NCBI GenBank assembly: GCA_965229255.1
Contig: CBDDIX010000005.1
Coordinates: 26,975-90,974, forward strand
Length of the DNA stretch: 64,000 nucleotides
Direction: 5' to 3'
DNA from: Sediminibacterium sp.
GTDB lineage: Bacteria; Bacteroidota; Bacteroidia; Chitinophagales; Chitinophagaceae
In this document: one piece after another, positions 9,757 through 18,979 of the stretch
Position numbering within the stretch: the first letter of the stretch is position 1
Layout: each line of letters begins with the position of its first letter
Made by a program: the position numbers and the translations under genes
The notes under the pieces: generated by a model
The model's input: only the letters and a program-made list of their open reading frames with translations
Told to the model about the DNA's origin: nothing
Database searches by the model: none

Positions 9757-10623
9757 ATGCCCCTCCAGAAATCCACGATACAACTCCTCCGCTTCCCCTT
9801 TTCTTTTTTCCTGATGCCTGTATTCTGGTTCGCACTGAGTTGTATTCCTGTGATTGCCGTTCCGAAAGCCCTGCTTATTTTTTTTATTGTTCACCTGCTT
9901 GTATATCCGTCAAGCAACGGGTATAATAGTTATATGGATAGGGATACAGGCAGTATCGGCGGGATTAAGCACCCGATGGCGCCGGAAAAGGAATTATTCT
10001 ACGTAACCATCGGGATGGATATACTGGCCATCGGTCTCTCATTACTAGTGTCCCAACTGTTTTGTATCCTCCTGCTTTGTTATATTATCTGTTCCCGTTT
10101 ATATAGCTATCGGGGTATCCGTTTAAAAAAATATGCTGTTATCGGCTACCTGACTGTGATCCTTAACCAAGGGGGATTGATGTTCCTCATGGTTTACCAG
10201 GGGAGCTCTGCACAGGCTTTTACAGAATGGCCCTGGCTCGGTATGATCACCGCTTGTTTTTTGATTGGCGGTTTTTATCCTATCACACAGGTTTACCAGC
10301 ATGCGGCAGATAAGCAGGATGGCGTAAAAACGATCTCAATACTGTTGGGTAAGCGGGGTACGTTTATTTTCTGCGGACTCATGTACCTCGTAGCTTTTTC
10401 GGTACTCTTCTTCTATTACCAGCAAAAAGATGAGATGATATATTTTGGGTTATTGCAAATATTCTTTCTCCCCGTTCTCGTATATTTTATACAGTGGTTC
10501 CTGAAAGTATGGGATAATCCTGCCATGGCTGACTTTTTGCATACAATGAAGATGAACTGGCTTGCCTCAACCTGTACAAACCTGGGTTTTATTACCCTTT
10601 TAATATGTAGAACTATTGGCTGA
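9757..10623 (+). CDS. UbiA-family prenyltransferase
   Basis: Polytopic membrane protein with the UbiA acidic motifs NGYNSYMDRD and YQHAADKQDGVKT. Confidence 0.85.
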   Translation: MPLQKSTIQLLRFPFSFFLMPVFWFALSCIPVIAVPKALLIFFIVHLLVYPSSNGYNSYMDRDTGSIGGIKHPMAPEKELFYVTIGMDILAIGLSLLVSQLFCILLLCYIICSRLYSYRGIRLKKYAVIGYLTVILNQGGLMFLMVYQGSSAQAFTEWPWLGMITACFLIGGFYPITQVYQHAADKQDGVKTISILLGKRGTFIFCGLMYLVAFSVLFFYYQQKDEMIYFGLLQIFFLPVLVYFIQWFLKVWDNPAMADFLHTMKMNWLASTCTNLGFITLLICRTIG

Positions 10624-11698
10624 TATCATTTCCATAGCAACCGCAGTACCCGGATTTTGTCACAAGCAATCTGATATCTTTCAGTTCATGCAGGATATTT
10701 ATGCATTGGGAGAGGAGGATAAAAGAAAGTTGAAATTCCTCTACGATCATAGCGGTATCGATACACGCTATTCTGTTGTTGGCGATTATGGTAATGTTTC
10801 AGCGAAAAGGGATTTTATCCCGGATGCTGCTGATGCCGATTTTCCTTCGCTGGAAGAAAGGATGAAAATATATGAACGCGAAGCAACAGGATTATCTGTT
10901 GAAGCCATCCATCGCTGCATCGAAAACAAGGTCACAAACAAAGAAGTGACGCATTTAATCACCGTAAGCTGCACAGGAATGAGTGCACCGGGGCTCGATC
11001 TACAGATAATGGGTGCCATGGATCTCTCTCCTGATATATTCAGAACTTCGGTAAATTTTATGGGATGCTATGCGGCGATACATGCATTGAAGCTGGCAAA
11101 AATGATCTGTGATAGTACGCCGGATTCCAATGTGGTGATCGTAGCCACAGAGTTTTGTACACTTCATTTTCAAAAAGAATTCACAGCCGATAATGCAGCC
11201 AGCAGTCTGCTATTTGCAGATGGTGCCGCAGCCGTATTGGTTTCCAATCATATCAAGGATAAGCATGCTTTGTCGCTCCGGGGGTTTTATTCATACGTTG
11301 CACAGGAAGGAAAAGCCGACATGGCCTGGCAATTAAGCAGCCAGGGGTTTTTAATGAAACTTAGTGGCTATATACCCCAATTGATCGGTGGTGATATTGC
11401 TAAATTGGTATCATCCGCTGTAGAGCATCGGGGGCTTTCATTGGATGATATCACTCACTGGTGCATACATCCGGGTGGTAAACGGATCCTTGATGTGATT
11501 CAAAAGCAGTTACATCTTTCTGATGATGACCTGAAGTATGCAAGAACTGTATTATCCCGCTATGGAAATATGTCTTCCCCATCTGTGTTATTTGTTTTGA
11601 AGGAATTAATGAATCAACAACATAATGGGCCTGTAAAAATCATGGGTATGGCATTTGGGCCGGGACTTACTATGGAAACTTTTATCGCCGAAAATTAA
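10616..11698 (+). CDS. Type III polyketide synthase (chalcone/stilbene synthase family)
   Basis: Catalytic triad C (FMGCYAA), H (WCIHPGG), N (YGNMSS); also LFADGAAA and AFGPGLTME. TTG start overlaps the UbiA stop. Confidence 0.93.
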   Translation: MADIISIATAVPGFCHKQSDIFQFMQDIYALGEEDKRKLKFLYDHSGIDTRYSVVGDYGNVSAKRDFIPDAADADFPSLEERMKIYEREATGLSVEAIHRCIENKVTNKEVTHLITVSCTGMSAPGLDLQIMGAMDLSPDIFRTSVNFMGCYAAIHALKLAKMICDSTPDSNVVIVATEFCTLHFQKEFTADNAASSLLFADGAAAVLVSNHIKDKHALSLRGFYSYVAQEGKADMAWQLSSQGFLMKLSGYIPQLIGGDIAKLVSSAVEHRGLSLDDITHWCIHPGGKRILDVIQKQLHLSDDDLKYARTVLSRYGNMSSPSVLFVLKELMNQQHNGPVKIMGMAFGPGLTMETFIAEN

Positions 11699-12387
11699 TG
11701 TTTTTACAAAACCGCTCATATCAGAAAGAACTGCTGGATGGAGACGATATCCCTTTTGCAGATATCAAGAAGAACATGGAGGAATTGAATACCATTAATA
11801 CCCTGCTGCGCGGACATGACATTACCATCAAAGGGTTTAAAGAATTGTTGCATCAGCATAAAAAGATCACTGTTTGTGAAATAGGTTGCGGGGGTGGAGA
11901 TAATCTTACAGCCATTGTAAAATGGTGCCGGAAGCGTGGGATCGATGTTCATTGTATCGGAATAGATATGAAGGAAGCGTGTATAGCGTTTGCACGATCA
12001 GGTCCTATACCCGATGCAGAGTGGATGACGAGTGATTATGCAGCTGTAAAGTTTGAAACAAAACCCGATATTATTTTTTCCAGTTTATTCTGTCACCATT
12101 TTACGGATGAGCAGTTGGTAAATCAGCTTCAGTGGATGCGCGCCAACAGCCGGATAGGTTTTTTTATTAATGATCTGCACCGGCATAGCATAGCATACCA
12201 TTCTATCCGTTTATTGACCCAATGGTTTTCTTCTTCTTATCTTGTAAAGAATGATGCGCCTTTGAGTGTGGCGAGGGGATTTCTAAAAAATGAGTGGGAG
12301 CAACTTTGCGCGAAAGCGCAATTGGAAAAAGCGGTTGTGAAATGGATGTGGGCATTCCGTCACTTAGTTACCTGGAAACATGCATAA
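11698..12387 (+). CDS. SAM-dependent methyltransferase
   Basis: Motif I CEIGCGGG, IGID, and SSLFCHHF...INDLHR. Overlaps the PKS stop by 1 bp (TAATG). Confidence 0.85.
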   Translation: MFLQNRSYQKELLDGDDIPFADIKKNMEELNTINTLLRGHDITIKGFKELLHQHKKITVCEIGCGGGDNLTAIVKWCRKRGIDVHCIGIDMKEACIAFARSGPIPDAEWMTSDYAAVKFETKPDIIFSSLFCHHFTDEQLVNQLQWMRANSRIGFFINDLHRHSIAYHSIRLLTQWFSSSYLVKNDAPLSVARGFLKNEWEQLCAKAQLEKAVVKWMWAFRHLVTWKHA

Positions 12388-13525
12388 TATTTCATCCTGT
12401 GATTTTGATATAGCGGTTATCGGTGGTGGTCTTGCCGGGCTTACGCTTGCCATCCAGGGAGCCAATGCCGGCTATCGCGTTATTCTTTTTGAAAAAGAGC
12501 AGTATCCTTTCCATAAGGTATGCGGTGAATATATCAGTATGGAGAGCCGCGATTTTCTCATGCGTTGCGGTATCCCTTTTCATGAATGGCAATTGCCGGA
12601 GATCAGCCAACTCCATGTTTCCGATGCTCTTGGAAAAGGGTATGATTTTTCACTTCCACTCGGAGGTTTCGGAGTAAGCCGTTACCTGCTGGATGATACA
12701 TTGTATCAAATTGCCAAACAAAAGGGAGTAACTGTTCTTACTGGTAACAAGGTGCAGGATGTAAATTATAGCGGCAATCATTTTAACATTCACGCGGGTT
12801 CAATAAATTATACTGCATGCATAGCAGCAGGGTCTTTCGGCAAGCGAAGTAACCTTGATCTTAAGTGGAACCGAAAGTTCGTGCATACAAAACCCGGGAA
12901 GATCAATAACCTCATTGGAGTTAAGTATCATATCCGTTATCCACATGATAAGGCTACGATAGCCCTGCACAATTTTCATGATGGCTATTGTGGTATGTCG
13001 CTCATAGAAAACGATACAAGTTGTCTTTGTTATCTCACCACAGCAGAAAATCTTAAAAAATCCCGGAACTCTATTCCTGTGATGGAAAAAGAGATCCTTT
13101 CAAAAAATGTACAACTGAAAAAAATCTTCCATGAAGCGGAGTATCTTTACGAACAACCGGTAACCATATCGCAAATTAGTTTTGAGCAGAAATCACTTGT
13201 AGAGGATCACATACTCATGATAGGTGATGCAGCCGGAATGATCACACCTTTGTGTGGCAATGGGATGAGCATGGCTATGCATGCATCGAAGATAGCGTTT
13301 GATAATATCTTATTATTCCTGAACGGTCAGATAACGCAAAGCCAGCTGGAAGAGAATTACCAAACGCAATGGAAAAAACAATTCGCCAACCGAACACAGA
13401 TAGGAAGAACAGTTCAATATTTTTTTGGCGGAACTACTGTTACTTCCTTATTTTTAAAAATGATGAATACTTTTCCAGTATTTAGCAGGATGCTTATCAG
13501 GCAAACGCATGGTAAATCATTTTAA
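12380..13525 (+). CDS. FAD-dependent oxidoreductase (GGR/aromatic hydroxylase-like)
   Basis: Rossmann motif VIGGGLAG, KVCGEYIS, and second FAD motif IGDAAGMITPLCGNGMSMA. Overlaps the methyltransferase by 8 bp. Confidence 0.88.
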   Translation: MHNISSCDFDIAVIGGGLAGLTLAIQGANAGYRVILFEKEQYPFHKVCGEYISMESRDFLMRCGIPFHEWQLPEISQLHVSDALGKGYDFSLPLGGFGVSRYLLDDTLYQIAKQKGVTVLTGNKVQDVNYSGNHFNIHAGSINYTACIAAGSFGKRSNLDLKWNRKFVHTKPGKINNLIGVKYHIRYPHDKATIALHNFHDGYCGMSLIENDTSCLCYLTTAENLKKSRNSIPVMEKEILSKNVQLKKIFHEAEYLYEQPVTISQISFEQKSLVEDHILMIGDAAGMITPLCGNGMSMAMHASKIAFDNILLFLNGQITQSQLEENYQTQWKKQFANRTQIGRTVQYFFGGTTVTSLFLKMMNTFPVFSRMLIRQTHGKSF

Positions 13526-13534
13526 AAAAAATGT

Positions 13535-13975
13535 ATGGTCAACGATCTCGCTTTATTATTTGAAAGGGATATTAATAGATTAAAAACGGAAATGCTGGCA
13601 TATACTGATCCGGCTAAGATGTGGCTAAACGTAAGCGGGATTAATAACCCGGGAGGAAACCTTTGCCTTCATTTATTAGGAAATACGCAATATTATATTG
13701 GTACAGTATTAGGAAACAGCGGTTATATCCGAAACAGACCCGAAGAGTTTTCACTTAAAAATATTCCCGTTGAAGAATTGATTGTAAAAATAGATGCTGC
13801 GCAAAAAATAATAGTAGAAACTATCCGGTCGCTGGATATATCTGTCCTGGAAAATGAGTATCCGGAAAAAGTGCTGGGTTATGAGATGACTACGCGTTAT
13901 TTTTTACTGCACTTACTTGCACACTTTAGTTATCATCTGGGTCAGATCAATTACCACAGGAGGATCACAGGTTAA
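13535..13975 (+). CDS. DinB/DUF1572-family protein
   Basis: NPGGNLCLHLLGN, RNRPEEF and C-terminal HLLAHFSYHLGQI (DinB His pattern). Confidence 0.8.
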   Translation: MVNDLALLFERDINRLKTEMLAYTDPAKMWLNVSGINNPGGNLCLHLLGNTQYYIGTVLGNSGYIRNRPEEFSLKNIPVEELIVKIDAAQKIIVETIRSLDISVLENEYPEKVLGYEMTTRYFLLHLLAHFSYHLGQINYHRRITG

Positions 13976-14229
13976 CCAACCAGTTCATTCTCATTTTCGT
14001 CAACACTGATGAGTTTATAGGAGACAGAATTTTTTGCAAAAGAAATGAGGAATTCAGTACCCACATAGATGCCACGGTATTCATAAAGGCAGATGATATT
14101 GCCTTCTTCTTCCATCGATCCGGTAATCGTTGTTTCTACATTATTAAAGCTATAGGTAATGCGCTGCTTTGCGTCGAGTGATGACCTGCTTTTGTGCTTG
14201 ATGATATGTTCGAAATTATTTGCTTTCAA
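13972..14229 (-). CDS. Small hypothetical protein
   Basis: 85-aa ORF with a TTG start, convergent with DinB. No recognisable motif. Confidence 0.35.
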   Translation of the reverse strand: MKANNFEHIIKHKSRSSLDAKQRITYSFNNVETTITGSMEEEGNIICLYEYRGIYVGTEFLISFAKNSVSYKLISVDENENELVG

Positions 14230-14305
14230 AGCGGTCCTTATTAGAATGAAAAATGAATCGAATGTAAGGTAGCGAAAGTTTTAGATGTTGTAGGGTTGTT
14301 GAAAC

Positions 14306-14325
14306 ATATAATAATATTATTATAT
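14306..14325. promoter_or_regulatory. Perfect 20-bp AT palindrome, candidate operator
   Basis: ATATAATAATATTATTATAT is its own reverse complement and lies about 24 bp upstream of a TATCTTTG box. Confidence 0.4.
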
Positions 14326-14348
14326 AATGTTAAACGATACAGGCTCTT

Positions 14349-14356
14349 TATCTTTG
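14349..14356 (+). promoter_or_regulatory. Bacteroidota -7 promoter element (TAnnTTTG)
   Basis: TATCTTTG lies 33 bp before the ATG of the Hpt gene. Confidence 0.6.
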
Positions 14357-14388
14357 TAAACGAAAAGAACTGCAACAATAACATTCAT

Positions 14389-14730
14389 ATGGTTCATTTT
14401 GATTACGAGAAGGTTAAGGGCTATTTTGATAATGATACAACTATCCTGAAAGGCTTTTTGGCACTTTTGAAAAAAGAGTTGCCCAAATCACAAAACGAGA
14501 TAGAGGCCCGATACATTGATAAAGATCCTCTAGGTATCATGGAGGCCGCGCATAAACTAAAAGGCACAGGACTTTCCGGAGGTTTGCCTGTGGTTACCGA
14601 AATTGCTGCCAAACTTAATAAGCTGGATAAGTTTGATGAGATCCTGGCAGGTGAACTGATAGCCGAGCTAAAAAAAGAGATTTCCATTATTCTTACGCTC
14701 ATAGATGAAAAAAGTGCTGCATTGGGATAA
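14389..14730 (+). CDS. Stand-alone Hpt (histidine phosphotransfer) domain protein
   Basis: AAHKLKG phospho-His motif in a helical protein of about 113 aa. ATG 14389 is preferred because it lies downstream of the promoter box. Confidence 0.8.
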   Translation: MVHFDYEKVKGYFDNDTTILKGFLALLKKELPKSQNEIEARYIDKDPLGIMEAAHKLKGTGLSGGLPVVTEIAAKLNKLDKFDEILAGELIAELKKEISIILTLIDEKSAALG

Positions 14731-14822
14731 ATATGGAATTGGACAATATCTGTTAACTCTTGATTAATTCAGGCATATGCTTACCCTTCTATTGAAACGA
14801 TTTTTGGTGAAACCCAAATAGA

Positions 14823-16973
14823 ATGCGCACTTTTCTAACCGTAATACTTTGCCTGTCTGTTATATTTTCTCATGCACAGTTTAACTGGAGCAAAGATGGA
14901 AACAGTTATGTGTCTATTGAAAATGGGGCACTGACACAAACGGATTTACCTGCCTTTACAAAAACGGTATTAGTGAAAGCTGATCAGCTTACAATTCCGG
15001 GTAATACATCCACCGGTCGTTTTCAACAAACCGTACTTTCAGCCGATCATCAGAAGATACTTTTTTACGTTAATGCAAAACGTATTTATCATAATAGTTT
15101 CAGTAGCATCTGGATATTTGACAGGGTGTCCGGTAAGTTTTTTCAGGCCGGTAAAAAATTTGGCGAAAGCAAATTGTTGAACGCGAAATTTTCTCCTGAT
15201 GGAAATAAACTCGCTTATGTGTATGAGAGTAATATTTATATAGAAGATTTAAATAACGGAGAAGTACAGCAAATCACCAGTGATGGAAATGATACGAAAA
15301 GAAATGGCTGGTTTGATTACGCATCCAGTGAAGAATTATTCTGTACAGATGGATTACGCTGGAGCCCTGACAGCAGGCAGATAGCATTCTGGCAAATGGA
15401 TCTATCAAAGGTGAAGACTTATTACCTGATCAACAATACGGATAGTAATTACTCAAAACCCATTGGATTACCTTTCCCAAAAGTTGGAGAGGCAATAGCT
15501 GAAGCAAAGGTTGGTGTTTTTACACTTGGTAAAAACAAGTTGCAATGGCTTTCGATAGCCGGTGATCCCGCTACGCATTACCTTACGCGCATGGAGTGGT
15601 TGCCCGATGGAAGCCAGGTGATCTTACAACAAATGAACAGGGCACAGAATGAAAGCAATTTGATATCAGCCAATCCTGCTGATGGTACCACAAAGATGGT
15701 ATATCATGAAACGGATGAAGCCTGGATTGATTTAAAAGCATTCTGGAGAGGTGGTGGTGATGGCTGGGATTGGTTAAGTAACGGAAAGTCTTTTCTGTGG
15801 ACCAGCGAAAAAGACGGATGGCGTCATCTATACCGTGTGGGGCTCGATGGTTCTGAGATATTATTGACCAAAGGGAATTTTGATATCACAACCATCTGTG
15901 GTAAAGATGAAAAAAACGGATGGGTTTACTTTATAGCTTCGCCTGATACAGCCACACAGCGCTATCTCTACCGTTCAAAGCTCGATGGTAAGGGTAATGC
16001 TGAACGCGTTACGCCATCTGGATTACCCGGTACGCACAGCTATTCCTTTTCACCAGATGGCAGATGGGCTCTGCATAACTTTTCTGGGTATCGTTATATG
16101 CCGGCTTCAGAATGGGTGGAAATGCCTTCGCATCAACCGGTTAATCCTGCAGAAAGTATTGCGCGCAAAATTGTTGCCAATCCCGCAGCAGCTAAAACGA
16201 GTTTTTTTACAGTGACCACTTCCGAAGGAATTACCATGGATGGCTGGATGGTGAAACCGGCTGATTTTAATCCTGCAAAAAAATACCCTGTAATTTTTAC
16301 TGTGTATTCTGAGCCTTTTGCTACTACCGTAACTGATGTGTCAGGCGTTGGAAGAGGCGGTGGCTTTTTTAATGTAGACAGCGGATACATTTTTATATCA
16401 GTGGAAGGTCGAGGCGCACCTGCATCAAAAGGGAGAGGCTGGCGGAAAGCGATTTACAGGAACCTGGGTTGGTTGAATTCGAACGACCAGGCAATGGCTG
16501 CAAAAGAAATTATCAAATGGCCATTCATCGACCCAACGCGTGTGGCTGTATTTGGTGGCAGCGGCGGCGGCTCCACAACCATGCACCTGTTGTTCAGATT
16601 TCCCGAAATATATAAAGTGGGTATTGCCAGTGCCGGTGTTCCCAACCAGTTGGTATACAACAGTATCTATGAAGAGCGGTTTATGGGACTGCTGCCGGAT
16701 AACAAAGCAGATTACATCAAAGGATCTGCCATCACCTATGCAAAGAACCTGCAGGGGCATCTGCTGATCCTGCACGGCACAGGCGATCATAATGTACACT
16801 ACGATGGTGAAGAAATGCTCTTGAATGAATTGATAAAATATAACAGGCAGTTTGTTTTCATGCCCTATCCCAACAGAACACATGGAATTTCTGAAGGAGA
16901 AGGAACAGGATTACACAGAACTACTTTGTCTGCCAATTTCCTGAAACAGTATTGTCCCCCTGGCGGAAGATAA
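14823..16973 (+). CDS. S9B dipeptidyl-peptidase IV-like serine peptidase
   Basis: Signal peptide and beta-propeller repeats (FSPDG, WSPDS). Catalytic S in GGSGG, D in GTGDHNVH, H in RTHGI. Confidence 0.9.
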   Translation: MRTFLTVILCLSVIFSHAQFNWSKDGNSYVSIENGALTQTDLPAFTKTVLVKADQLTIPGNTSTGRFQQTVLSADHQKILFYVNAKRIYHNSFSSIWIFDRVSGKFFQAGKKFGESKLLNAKFSPDGNKLAYVYESNIYIEDLNNGEVQQITSDGNDTKRNGWFDYASSEELFCTDGLRWSPDSRQIAFWQMDLSKVKTYYLINNTDSNYSKPIGLPFPKVGEAIAEAKVGVFTLGKNKLQWLSIAGDPATHYLTRMEWLPDGSQVILQQMNRAQNESNLISANPADGTTKMVYHETDEAWIDLKAFWRGGGDGWDWLSNGKSFLWTSEKDGWRHLYRVGLDGSEILLTKGNFDITTICGKDEKNGWVYFIASPDTATQRYLYRSKLDGKGNAERVTPSGLPGTHSYSFSPDGRWALHNFSGYRYMPASEWVEMPSHQPVNPAESIARKIVANPAAAKTSFFTVTTSEGITMDGWMVKPADFNPAKKYPVIFTVYSEPFATTVTDVSGVGRGGGFFNVDSGYIFISVEGRGAPASKGRGWRKAIYRNLGWLNSNDQAMAAKEIIKWPFIDPTRVAVFGGSGGGSTTMHLLFRFPEIYKVGIASAGVPNQLVYNSIYEERFMGLLPDNKADYIKGSAITYAKNLQGHLLILHGTGDHNVHYDGEEMLLNELIKYNRQFVFMPYPNRTHGISEGEGTGLHRTTLSANFLKQYCPPGGR

Positions 16974-16988
16974 TACTGCGTTATTATT

Positions 16989-18812
16989 CTATCTGTCGCT
17001 TCTTGACCAACTTTTCAATATTTCCGACTGCAAGGCATCGGGATTATCTTTTTTGCTGATGGTATAAGGCGCTTCTTTTTTTATTCCTAATACGATATCT
17101 GCTTCCTTTGTACCGGATGCAGTTGCAAATTGGATGCTGATCTTATCACCATTTTTTGAAGAGGCAAGCAGATCAGAAAAAGATTTCGCAGTCATTTTTT
17201 TACCGTTTACCTGCAAAATGGCACGTCTGTTTCTGATGCCGGCATTCCATGCAGGCGATTGCCATTCTACATTTGTTACCCATAAAGTATCGTTACGGTC
17301 TCTTATACCGCAGCCTAACCAGGGACCCGGAATTTCTTTTGATACAGTATCGATACTCAGTCCTGCATAGTTCAAATAGCTGGGATAGTCAACCTGTTTC
17401 AGCGTATAGATATAATCAAAAAAGTCAGCAAGATTGGCTCCGGCTATTTTTTCACATTCCTGTCTGAACTCATCTTCTGTAAATCCCCTCCCTTTTTTCT
17501 TATAATACACCTGATATAATTGGCGCATCAGATCATCCAATGATTTTTTGTTTTTGGTTTCATGTCTGATTTTTAAGTCAAGCAGAATTCCAAGAGCCGG
17601 ACCTTTATCATACGGGGAGATTGTTTTATTTACATCATCACCCGTGCGACCAAACGGACCATCGCTCCATGTCTGATAGCTGGCTTCTGCAGGTGTCTGG
17701 AAATGGCGACCTGGCTTTGCTTCATAGTCTTTGATGGACGTTTGAAAAGTGTGTAAAAAATCTTCTTCTGTTGTTAATCCTGCTCTCTTTAAAATAATGT
17801 ACTCATAGTAAACGGTAATCCCTTCAGATAACCAAAGCATTTTTGTTTTACTGCCCTTATCATAGTCAAATGGTCCCAGTTCAATGGGACGGATACGTTT
17901 CACATTATAGTGATGGAAGTATTCATGTGCAAGGAAATTATAGGTTCTTATCCTGCTTTTTTCGTTCACTAATTCACCACCTGTGAATGCCACACTTGCT
18001 GAGTTTAGATGCTCAATTCCCCCGCCTCCAGGTCCCGTTCCGATAAAAGTATAGTGTTGGTAAGGTATGTCGCCAATTATATTGGAGGCTGCAGTAACAA
18101 TCTTTTTTAGATCGTTCATAAACAGATCCCTGTCAAACTTATCCGCCTTATAGGCAATGAAATAATGCGGAATATTGTTTACCATAAAAGGAGGAAAAGA
18201 TTCCAGGTTGCCCATCAGAACGGGGCTATCGTAAAGAATATCATAGTTGGGCGCAGAAAAAGTAGTTGAATTTTCTTTTACAGGATCCAGCCCGGTGGCG
18301 ATAGTTGTCCATTTATTATAAGGCTCGATAGTTATGGATACCGGGTGGTTGATAAATCCTGAGGGATGAAGATATAAACCGGTTGGTGCAATATAACCCC
18401 TGTTCTCATCGAGGTAGTTAGATGCAACGAAAGAGGTGGTTGCCTTGATGTCATAAGAAAGAATACAAGTAACTGATTTTTCTGTTTGAACGAGCCAACT
18501 GTTTTTGGTATTTTTTTTCCAGCTTAATTCTTTGCCGGATTCATCCACTGCTTTGAAGTTTTCCAGATTTAGTGCATAATCAAGTATTTGATAATATCCC
18601 GGCATCCATACAGGCATTTTAAATTCAATACTATCTTTTTTTATTCCTACACATTGAAAGACCACATGGTAAGTGTGCTTTGATGGCTCGGGCATGGATA
18701 CGGTATAAGAAAAAGCAGTTGTTTGTTTTTGTGCGTATAGCAGATTCAAAAACAGGAAACTAAACAGCATACAACAAACAAGCTTTGAAAGGAAGCCGAT
18801 GCTTTTTTTCAT
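16989..18812 (-). CDS. M61 glycyl aminopeptidase-like metallopeptidase with PDZ domain
   Basis: Signal peptide, MPVWMPGYY, GGGIEHLNS, HEYFHHYNVKRIRP, LWLSEG, YDKG; C-terminal PDZ (SPAWNAGI). Confidence 0.9.
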   Translation of the reverse strand: MKKSIGFLSKLVCCMLFSFLFLNLLYAQKQTTAFSYTVSMPEPSKHTYHVVFQCVGIKKDSIEFKMPVWMPGYYQILDYALNLENFKAVDESGKELSWKKNTKNSWLVQTEKSVTCILSYDIKATTSFVASNYLDENRGYIAPTGLYLHPSGFINHPVSITIEPYNKWTTIATGLDPVKENSTTFSAPNYDILYDSPVLMGNLESFPPFMVNNIPHYFIAYKADKFDRDLFMNDLKKIVTAASNIIGDIPYQHYTFIGTGPGGGGIEHLNSASVAFTGGELVNEKSRIRTYNFLAHEYFHHYNVKRIRPIELGPFDYDKGSKTKMLWLSEGITVYYEYIILKRAGLTTEEDFLHTFQTSIKDYEAKPGRHFQTPAEASYQTWSDGPFGRTGDDVNKTISPYDKGPALGILLDLKIRHETKNKKSLDDLMRQLYQVYYKKKGRGFTEDEFRQECEKIAGANLADFFDYIYTLKQVDYPSYLNYAGLSIDTVSKEIPGPWLGCGIRDRNDTLWVTNVEWQSPAWNAGIRNRRAILQVNGKKMTAKSFSDLLASSKNGDKISIQFATASGTKEADIVLGIKKEAPYTISKKDNPDALQSEILKSWSRSDR

Positions 18813-18923
18813 GAAGTGTATTTTTGGGTATCAAGATAGTTTTTAAAATGGAGGGCGACCTGTCAGAATTTAATACGTTATAGTCCGAAATTAGCAGCTG
18901 GCGATGACTTTTATGGCAAAATA

Positions 18924-18957
18924 AAAGGGGAGCTTACCTGCCAGTAAGCCCCCCTTT
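18924..18957 (-). terminator. Intrinsic terminator after the symporter gene
   Basis: Minus strand AAAGGGGGGCTTAC-N6-GTAAGCTCCCCTTT (one G.U pair), followed by TATTTT. Confidence 0.75.
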
Positions 18958-18979
18958 AGATATAGTGATCATGCGCAAC

